Assembly (NCBI GenBank): GCA_005877815.1
Contig: VBOG01000013.1
Span: forward strand, 2,261-66,260
From: Nitrospirota bacterium
GTDB taxonomy: Bacteria; Nitrospirota; Nitrospiria; Nitrospirales; NS-4
Reading direction: 5' to 3'
Length of the DNA stretch: 64,000 nt
Shown: positions 57,230-64,000 of the stretch, in pieces
How positions within the stretch are numbered: the first letter of the stretch is position 1
How the letters are laid out: each line of letters starts with the position of its first letter
Program-made: the position numbers and the translations under genes
Notes under the pieces: model-generated
What the model was told of the DNA's origin: nothing
The model's database searches: none
Seen by the model: the letters and a program-made list of their open reading frames with translations, nothing else

Positions 57230-58317
57230 AGCGTTCCAAACTTTACGAGACTCATCTCAAGCTTGGCGCAACCGTTGTCGAACGGGCCGGATGGGATGTC
57301 CCGGATCACTATGGCGACGCCGTTGCCGAGCATCACACTGTCAGAAATGGTGCCGGCATCATGGACCTCTCGCATCGGGGCAAGATCAGGATTACGGGCG
57401 AGGACCGGGTCAAATGGCTGCAGAGCGTCATCAGCAACGACATCCTCCCGCTCAGACCGGGGCAAGGCATTTATTCCACGTTTCTCACCCACAAGGGCAA
57501 GATGCTGTCCTACTTTCGGGTGTACCAGCTTGGCGAGGCCTTGATGCTGGAAGATGTTGGCGAGATCGGCGATGTGACCTTCTCCGCATTGCGCAAATTC
57601 CTGCTGTACGGGACAAAGGCGAAGATGGAAAACTGCGCCGAAACCTGGGGACTGATCTTGCTCAGCGGCCCGAAGGCGCTTGAGTTGATTCGGTCCTCTT
57701 TCGGGACCTACCTGTCATCGCTGAAGCCGCTGGCATTCGTCACCTTGGAGATCGGCGGCCGGCAGGCCCTCTTTATTCGGACGGAGGAGACCGGCGAAAC
57801 GGATATCGAAATTCTCATCCCTTCGGAGGGCTTGTCGGAGGCATGGGATCTCTTGTGGTCGGCGGGCCAGCCGCTCGGCCTTAAGCCCTTTGGCAGTGCA
57901 GCCCTGGAGACCTTGCGCGTCGAAGCCGGGATCCCCAAGACCGGTCCGGATCTCAATGAGAACATTGTCCCCCCGGAGGCCAATCTGGAAGGCAAAGCGT
58001 TCAGCCTGACGAAAGGGTGCTATCCGGGGCAGGAAGTCGTGGCCCGGATGGATACCTACGGGGCTGTCAGGAGGCGGCTCGTCGGGCTCGTCATTGAAGG
58101 CCAGCACGTCCCGGCTGCAGGGACAAAACTCTTCAGCGGAGATCGGGAGGTCGGTTGGTTATCCAGCGCCGTACGCTCTCCGTCGCTCGGTAGAGTCATC
58201 GCCTTTGGGTTCCCGCTTCGCGATTTTATCAAAGCCGGCACGGAGCTCGCCGTCGAGGTCGAGGGCAGCCGGACGCCGGCCTCTGTCCATCCGCTTCCGT
58301 TCATCTCCCGTTCCTAA
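57226..58317 (+). CDS. ygfZ: YgfZ/COG0354 family folate-binding protein (GcvT fold)
   Basis: GcvT-like N-terminus (HHTVRNGAGIMDLSHRGKIRITG) plus the YgfZ signature KGCYPGQE (LTKGCYPGQEVVARM). ATGA overlap with the pseudo-receiver gene. Confidence 0.7.
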   Translation: MKRSKLYETHLKLGATVVERAGWDVPDHYGDAVAEHHTVRNGAGIMDLSHRGKIRITGEDRVKWLQSVISNDILPLRPGQGIYSTFLTHKGKMLSYFRVYQLGEALMLEDVGEIGDVTFSALRKFLLYGTKAKMENCAETWGLILLSGPKALELIRSSFGTYLSSLKPLAFVTLEIGGRQALFIRTEETGETDIEILIPSEGLSEAWDLLWSAGQPLGLKPFGSAALETLRVEAGIPKTGPDLNENIVPPEANLEGKAFSLTKGCYPGQEVVARMDTYGAVRRRLVGLVIEGQHVPAAGTKLFSGDREVGWLSSAVRSPSLGRVIAFGFPLRDFIKAGTELAVEVEGSRTPASVHPLPFISRS

Positions 58318-58322
58318 AACAG

Positions 58323-58670
58323 ATGGACTCTGCCCTGGAACAACGCGGGTGCCGCCTCGAACAGGAGCTTGCGAGAATCAGTGAGATTCTGATCCGAGAA
58401 TACCATCCCGACAAACTGATTGTGTTCGGTTCGGCAGCACAGGGAGAGATCCATGCCTGGAGCGATCTCGATCTCGTCGTGATCAAACAGACCGACAAGC
58501 CGTTGCTGGAGCGGATCGAAGAAGTCTTCCGGCTCGTACGGCCGAAGGTTGGGTTGGACGTCCTCGTCTATACACCGGAAGAAATGGAAAGTCTGGTCGA
58601 CGAACGACGGGCATTCGTCCTCGATGAAATCATCTATAAGGGAGCCGTCACGTATGAGCACAGAAAATAG
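58323..58670 (+). CDS. nucleotidyltransferase domain protein (MNT-type, antitoxin-like)
   Basis: LIVFGSAAQGEIHAWSDLDLVVI fits G(S)-x9-11-DhD. 115 aa. Confidence 0.8.
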   Translation: MDSALEQRGCRLEQELARISEILIREYHPDKLIVFGSAAQGEIHAWSDLDLVVIKQTDKPLLERIEEVFRLVRPKVGLDVLVYTPEEMESLVDERRAFVLDEIIYKGAVTYEHRK

Positions 58671-59037
58671 GTGGGCGGTGTTCGCGTCGGAGAATATGGT
58701 CATGGCCGAAGCGGCGCATCAACTTCACGTGTGGAACCAGGTATGCCTGCATGCGCACCACGCCGCCACACAATTCCTCAAAGCATTCCTCGCGCAGCGT
58801 CACCGCCCCATTCCCCAGGTGAAACATCTCGCGGAACTGCTGGCGCTGTGCGCCGAAGCCGATCATGAACTGGCACGTTTCGAAGACGGCTGTTACACGC
58901 TCGACCGGTATCTGATCCCCCTCACGTACGCCGATGCCATCCCCAGCAGTCAGGCCAGCAGTCTGCCGACCGAAAAGGACGCCTCGGAAGCCCTCGCCAT
59001 CGCGCAGAACCTCCGCGACGCCTTGCACATCCACTAA
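58654..59037 (+). CDS. HEPN domain protein (toxin-like partner of the MNT)
   Basis: 127 aa from ATG 58654, overlapping the MNT gene by 17 nt. All-helical, with AEAAHQL...HAHHAATQFLKAFL...PQVKHLAELLALC resembling HEPN (PF05168-type, ..K(T)H.L..L). Confidence 0.65.
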   Translation: MSTENRWAVFASENMVMAEAAHQLHVWNQVCLHAHHAATQFLKAFLAQRHRPIPQVKHLAELLALCAEADHELARFEDGCYTLDRYLIPLTYADAIPSSQASSLPTEKDASEALAIAQNLRDALHIH

Positions 59038-59040
59038 GAA

Positions 59041-59430
59041 TCACATTACGTGCGAGCCGTGATGGTGAACCATGAACCAGCGTCCGTGCTGGCGTTCGTA
59101 GACATTGGTCGCCAGTACTTGCGCTTCCTGAGGCTCGCCGTCTGCGGTGTTGCGGATGTTTTCCATGCATAAGACCCAAGCCACATCGCCCGCAACCTGA
59201 ATCATGATGTCGCTCAGACGGAACTCCATCGAGAAGGTATTGTTGAAAATCTTGACCCAACTGTCACGGACATCGGGCCAGCCGGAACGGATGTTCCATC
59301 CGGGGTGGATGCAGGTCACGTAATCCTCTTTGGCCCACACTTCGTCCATTTTCTTGATGTCCAGGCTTTCGAAGGCGTGGTAAAACGCCTCATTGGTCCG
59401 GGACACCTCTTCGATCATCTCTTTGAGCAT
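59041..59430 (-). CDS. SnoaL-like/NTF2-fold (DUF4440-like) protein
   Basis: 129 aa. NEAFYHAFESLDIKKMDEVWA...V.CIHPGW....GW..V..SW is the typical NTF2-like pattern. Confidence 0.7.
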   Translation of the reverse strand: MLKEMIEEVSRTNEAFYHAFESLDIKKMDEVWAKEDYVTCIHPGWNIRSGWPDVRDSWVKIFNNTFSMEFRLSDIMIQVAGDVAWVLCMENIRNTADGEPQEAQVLATNVYERQHGRWFMVHHHGSHVM

Positions 59431-59435
59431 AACGG

Positions 59436-59603
59436 CTAGTCGCCTTCCGGCTCAGCATGACCATGCTGGTGCTTGACCGATTCTTCGTCAAAAAGATCGG
59501 ACATATCGCTTTCAATGTCTTCCTCATCGTCAGGATGGGGAACCATCTCAATTTCTTTTCTCTTAGGCTTCTCGGGTTCTGGATCTTTGGACTTGTCCGG
59601 CAT
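59436..59603 (-). CDS. possible small acidic protein (55 aa)
   Basis: Below the ORF-track cutoff. My hand translation gives MPDKSKDPEPEKPKRKEIEMVPHPDDEEDIESDMSDLFDEESVKHQHGHAEPEGD. It ends 5 nt before the SnoaL-like start. Confidence 0.3.
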   Translation of the reverse strand: MPDKSKDPEPEKPKRKEIEMVPHPDDEEDIESDMSDLFDEESVKHQHGHAEPEGD

Positions 59604-59679
59604 GGGCGTACCCCGCTGCCGTTCATCCTACCTTAAAGGTGAAAATGATTTCCATAGCAGGCATGCCTAACGACCCCTG

Positions 59680-59955
59680 TTGACTGCGCCATGGAATGTT
59701 GATAAGTGGAGAGCCCAGAAGAGTCAGATGGATCAAGCCCGAAAAACGATTCTGGTGCGCGAGTGGATCATCTTTGCCTTGAGCATTGGGCTCGGCGGCC
59801 ATGTCGCGCTCGGCTTGGTGCTGCATGATCCTTCATACACACAGGACATGGGCTGGAACACCGTCTTCATCGGATTATTTCTGTACGTTCTGTTTCAAGC
59901 GCTTCGCTCGGTCTATTTGGCCATCCGCTCCCGTCGGGTCAAGCCTGACTCTTAA
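59680..59955 (+). CDS. small two-TM membrane protein, hypothetical
   Basis: Two hydrophobic helices (WIIFALSIGLGGHVALGLVL and VFIGLFLYVLFQALRSVYLAI). The start is uncertain (TTG 59680 or ATG 59728). Confidence 0.4.
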   Translation: MTAPWNVDKWRAQKSQMDQARKTILVREWIIFALSIGLGGHVALGLVLHDPSYTQDMGWNTVFIGLFLYVLFQALRSVYLAIRSRRVKPDS

Positions 59956-59988
59956 TGTCGCATATCGGAGGAAGTGAGGAGGCGTTGT

Positions 59989-60312
59989 ATGTCGTTACAG
60001 AAACCAAGCGAGAAAGAGGAAGAATATTTTGCCCGTCAGGCGATCGAGCGGATGAGGAGGGAAGCCGAGGCCAAGCAGGCCTCAATGGCCGTCGAGGAAA
60101 AGATGCGCCTCAAAGAGTTGCACTACATGAAATGCCCCAAGTGCGGCAATTCACTGTCCGAAATCGAATACCGGGGTGTGAGGATCGACCGCTGCGGGAA
60201 CTGTAGCGGCGTCTGGCTGGACGCAGGCGAGCTAGAGCAGCTCTCTCAGAAGGAAGGCACGCTCGGCAACGTCATGAAACTGTTCAAAATAAATGATCCT
60301 TTCAATCTTTAG
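59989..60312 (+). CDS. TFIIB-type zinc-ribbon protein (zf-TFIIB family)
   Basis: MKCPKCGNSLSEIEYRGVRIDRCGNCSGVWLDAGELEQL is the family signature. Start taken at ATG 59989. Confidence 0.7.
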   Translation: MSLQKPSEKEEEYFARQAIERMRREAEAKQASMAVEEKMRLKELHYMKCPKCGNSLSEIEYRGVRIDRCGNCSGVWLDAGELEQLSQKEGTLGNVMKLFKINDPFNL

Positions 60313-61850
60313 ATGTAGTTGATCTTCGCTTCGTTGCCTTTGCGCTTCCAGTGCTCCAGCTTGTTGAGCGCGTTCAGATAGGCCTTCGCTGACGCCACGA
60401 TGATGTCCGTATCGGCGCCGTGTCCGGTCACAGTCTTCGGTCCTTCCTCGACCTTCACCATCACCTCGCCTTGCGCGTCGGTTCCGCCGGTGATGGCCTT
60501 CACGACATAGGCGATCAGCGTACTTTTGGTCTGCGTCATTGCCGCGATGGTTCGGTACGCCGCATCAACCGGCCCGTCGCCATTGCCCTCTCGTCGCATC
60601 CGGTTTCCATCAACATCCAGCTCGATTTCAGCCTTGGGCGTCATGCCGGTGCCGCTCTCGACATGAAGCGACAAGAGTCGGTACGTTTCCGGAATCGTCT
60701 GCAGCTCCTCGGTCAGGATGACCTCGATATCCTCTTCATACACTTCCTTTTTCTGGTCGGCCAGCCGCTTGAACCGCTCAAAGGCCTTGTTGAGTTCATC
60801 TTCTGTGAGCTTGTAGCCGCGATCTTCCAGATGCTGCCGGAAGGCATGCCGCCCCGACAGCTTGCCCATGACCATCGTGCTCTTCCCGAGCCCGATCGAT
60901 TCCGGCCGCATGATCTCGTAGGTGGTCTTGTCCTTCAACAGGCCATCCTGGTGGATACCGGAGGCGTGCGCAAATGCGTTGGCGCCCACAATTGCCTTGT
61001 TCGGCTGGACCACCATGCCGGTGACGTTGCTGACAAGGCGGCTCGTCTTCGTGATCTCCTCGGTCACAATATGGGTATCGGCGCCGTAGAAATCCTTGCG
61101 CGTCCGAAGCCCCATCGCCAGCTCCTCGAGAGAAGCGTTCCCCGCCCGTTCGCCGATGCCGTTGATGGTACATTCCACCTGGCCCGCGCCTTCGACAATG
61201 GCCGCAAGCGAATTCGCCACGGCGACGCCAAGGTCATTATGGCAATGGACGGAGATGACGGCCTGCTTGATGTTCGGCACGTTCTCGCGAATCCCGCGGA
61301 TCAATCGGCCGAACTCGTGCGGGGTCGCATAGCCGACAGTATCGGGAATATTCACAGTGCTCGCGCCCGCCCCAATAACCGCCTCGAGCACCTCGTAGAG
61401 ATATTTGGCATCGGAGCGCGTGGCATCCATCGGAGAGAATTCGACGTCTTCGACGTACCCGCGGGCTCGCGTGACCATCTCCACGGCCCGTTCCCGCGCC
61501 TGGTCACGCGTCAGCCGGAACTGATGCTTGAGATGAATGTCCGAGGTGGAGATAAAGGTATGAATGCGGACCTTCGGCGCCCCTTTCAACGCTTCCCATG
61601 CGCGGTCGACATCTTCCGGACGCGCGCGTGCAAGGCTGCAGATGACGGGGCCTTCCACTTCCTGCGCGATCCGACGGACGGCTTCGAAATCTCCCGGGGA
61701 ACTATAGGCAAAACCTGCTTCGATAATGTCAACGCCAAGACGCGCCAGTTGCTTCGCGACCATGAGCTTCTCATCCAAGTTCATGGCGGCCCCGGGCGAT
61801 TGTTCACCGTCCCGAAGGGTGGTATCAAAAATCCGGATTATGCGACTCAT
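60309..61850 (-). CDS. leuA: 2-isopropylmalate synthase
   Basis: 513 aa. IFDTTLRDGEQSPG, HCHNDLG, and a C-terminal LeuA dimerisation/regulatory domain. Confidence 0.95.
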   Translation of the reverse strand: MSRIIRIFDTTLRDGEQSPGAAMNLDEKLMVAKQLARLGVDIIEAGFAYSSPGDFEAVRRIAQEVEGPVICSLARARPEDVDRAWEALKGAPKVRIHTFISTSDIHLKHQFRLTRDQARERAVEMVTRARGYVEDVEFSPMDATRSDAKYLYEVLEAVIGAGASTVNIPDTVGYATPHEFGRLIRGIRENVPNIKQAVISVHCHNDLGVAVANSLAAIVEGAGQVECTINGIGERAGNASLEELAMGLRTRKDFYGADTHIVTEEITKTSRLVSNVTGMVVQPNKAIVGANAFAHASGIHQDGLLKDKTTYEIMRPESIGLGKSTMVMGKLSGRHAFRQHLEDRGYKLTEDELNKAFERFKRLADQKKEVYEEDIEVILTEELQTIPETYRLLSLHVESGTGMTPKAEIELDVDGNRMRREGNGDGPVDAAYRTIAAMTQTKSTLIAYVVKAITGGTDAQGEVMVKVEEGPKTVTGHGADTDIIVASAKAYLNALNKLEHWKRKGNEAKINYI

Positions 61851-61865
61851 GGCAACGTCTCCTTT

Positions 61866-61909
61866 AGAAACACAAACAGCCTTCTTCCCTGGGATCGGGA
61901 GGAAGGCTG
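61866..61909 (-). terminator. terminator-like hairpin between pssA and leuA
   Basis: 13-bp stem cagccttcttccc (61877-61889) / gggaggaaggctg (61897-61909) with one mismatch. On the minus strand it is followed by the T-rich tttgtgtttct. Confidence 0.5.
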
Positions 61910-61932
61910 CAACTACGAAACCGGCGTGTAGT

Positions 61933-62709
61933 TTAGTCCTTCGGCTCCCCGGGCAGCCGTTCCGGTGCAGACCCGGGAGCGACTGCCCGACGCAACAAGG
62001 TCACGAGCGACACGACCACACCAGAGGCCGCATAGCCCGCGAACAGGACGAACAATGCGACTTGCGGGATTGCGGCGATCAGCATGATGCCGAGCACGCC
62101 CCAGACGAGATACAGAAACCCCTCTCCCGCCTGAAGCCTCATGCCTTTGAACTTCGTATATTTGATCGTGCTGACCATCAGGAAGGCCAGCACAAAGGTC
62201 ACGATCAGCACCAGCAGCGGCCGCACATGCCGTTCGACCTGAAGTATGTGCTGGTCGAAGATCAACAGCGAAGCCAGCACGCTGGCAGCCGCGGGAATCG
62301 GCAGTCCCGTGAAATACCGGTTGTCTCCCGTGCTGACCTGTACATTGTACCGAGCCAGACGCAACGCGCCGCAGCCGACGAAGGCAAAGACGACCGCCAT
62401 ACCCAAGACCCCGTGGAGCTTCAGGGCCCAGGCATACACAAGAACTCCTGGCGCGACCCCAAATGATACGAGATCCGCCAGCGAATCGTATTCGATGCCG
62501 AACTGGCTCGTGGTCTTCGTCAGCCGCGCCGACGACCCATCGAGCATATCGAAGATCAGTGCGACCAGAATCGCAAGCGATGCCTTCACAAAATCGGCGT
62601 TGAAGACTGCGATAATCGCATACAGGCCGCAGAACAGGTTCCCGGTCGTGAACAGATTGGGGACCACATAAATTGCCTGACGCCGGCGCAGTCGCAGGGA
62701 TTGCTTCAC
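61933..62709 (-). CDS. pssA: CDP-diacylglycerol--serine O-phosphatidyltransferase
   Basis: CDP-alcohol phosphatidyltransferase motif DMLDGSSARLTKTTSQFGIEYDSLADLVSFG (D-G-x2-A-R-x8-G-x3-D-x3-D). Confidence 0.88.
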   Translation of the reverse strand: MKQSLRLRRRQAIYVVPNLFTTGNLFCGLYAIIAVFNADFVKASLAILVALIFDMLDGSSARLTKTTSQFGIEYDSLADLVSFGVAPGVLVYAWALKLHGVLGMAVVFAFVGCGALRLARYNVQVSTGDNRYFTGLPIPAAASVLASLLIFDQHILQVERHVRPLLVLIVTFVLAFLMVSTIKYTKFKGMRLQAGEGFLYLVWGVLGIMLIAAIPQVALFVLFAGYAASGVVVSLVTLLRRAVAPGSAPERLPGEPKD

Positions 62710-63353
62710 GCGAAAACTCCGATCACCGATTCACCGCCACAAACGTGATCTCCCGGCCGGACCTTTAGGTGGGTCGTGACCGGAAGATAGAGATCCATAC
62801 GTGACCCGAACTGGATCAACCCATACCTTTCGCCTCGTGCCACCCGCTCACCTTCGGTGAGCCAGCAGATGATCCGGCGCGCCACATACCCCGCCACTTG
62901 CACACATAATACTCGATGTCCGTCCTCCGTCTCAATCAGCACGGCGGTCTGCTCGTTCTCCAATGTCGCTCCGGCGCGGCTCGCCACCATGAACTTTCCT
63001 GGAAAGTGACCGATCGCAGAGACCTTGCCGGCGCACGGCGTCCGATTGATATGCACGTTCAGCGGATTCAGAAAGATGCTCACCCGGACGGCCCGCTCTT
63101 TCAGATACCGGGGTTCCTGTTCTTGCACCACCGTTAAGACGCGTCCATCGCCCGGCGATACAATCAGGTTGTCGCCTTCCGGAATATGGCGGGCAGGATT
63201 CCTAAAAAACCACGCCGTGAACAGCGTCACGAGCCCCACCACGGCCGTCATTGCCCACCACCCCAGAGCTATTGTCGCCACTCCCGCCGCTGTTGTCGCA
63301 GCAAGGATGGGGACGCCCTCACGGGCAACCGGCCAGCTTCGCGCCCTGTCCAT
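62706..63353 (-). CDS. psd: phosphatidylserine decarboxylase proenzyme (short form)
   Basis: 215 aa. Self-cleavage-type motif LIQFGSRMDLYLP. 4-nt overlap with pssA. Confidence 0.85.
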   Translation of the reverse strand: MDRARSWPVAREGVPILAATTAAGVATIALGWWAMTAVVGLVTLFTAWFFRNPARHIPEGDNLIVSPGDGRVLTVVQEQEPRYLKERAVRVSIFLNPLNVHINRTPCAGKVSAIGHFPGKFMVASRAGATLENEQTAVLIETEDGHRVLCVQVAGYVARRIICWLTEGERVARGERYGLIQFGSRMDLYLPVTTHLKVRPGDHVCGGESVIGVFA

Positions 63354-63356
63354 TGC

Positions 63357-64000
<644 letters not shown>

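Noticed and set aside
60420-61931. 503-aa ORF on the plus strand covering essentially all of leuA in antisense.
   Set aside because: leuA on the minus strand has unmistakable motifs. The antisense product is low-complexity (R, H, L, D, G rich) with no Shine-Dalgarno, so it is a shadow ORF.

Overview
The window is a gene-dense (about 64 CDS, about 58% GC by eye), mostly housekeeping chromosomal segment of a bacterium. Gene content and composition are reminiscent of a Nitrospirota-like lineage; this is inference only, as there is no rRNA or tRNA here to anchor it. Core genes I recognise from sequence are valS, nadC, birA, coaX, grpE, dnaK, dnaJ, rsmE, rtcB, pepN-type M1 aminopeptidase, pdxB, aroE, aroK, rluE, rluD, lspA, ileS, nadA, thiC (behind a TPP riboswitch), a thi4-type thiazole synthase, leuA, pssA, psd and the 3' part of ilvC. 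I found no rRNA, tRNA, CRISPR array, transposase or integrase. Many genes are translationally coupled through ATGA/GTGA overlaps. Long antisense shadow ORFs are common and I discounted them. Things worth a second look: (1) dnaK carries a 999-nt in-frame head-to-tail duplication whose first copy has a 14-nt deletion, so no intact DnaK is encoded as written; grpE next door has a 24-nt tandem duplication. (2) A five-gene cluster (two GT-A glycosyltransferases, a TM-helix-repeat channel-like protein, an unknown protein, and a TreT-type trehalose synthase) is preceded by an ECF-sigma-like protein with a C-terminal H-x3-C-x2-C anti-sigma-like motif. (3) An ATGA-coupled operon encodes an O-methyltransferase, a DUF420-like membrane protein and a tandem PCP_red-domain protein. 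(4) thiC is followed by a His-type Thi4, a receiver domain with every phospho-chemistry residue substituted, and a coupled YgfZ-family protein. (5) A 1357-aa sodium:solute-symporter/hybrid histidine kinase fusion. (6) A secreted IPT/TIG repeat protein with repeated PDG(S/T)CC motifs, coupled to a Ycf48-like beta-propeller. (7) An mscL(zinc-ribbon)-asmA-mscS cluster. (8) An MNT/HEPN pair and a separate orphan minimal nucleotidyltransferase islet. I cannot point to one clear-cut novel multi-gene system; the trehalose/channel cluster with its fused sigma-like regulator and the PCP_red operon are the best candidates.
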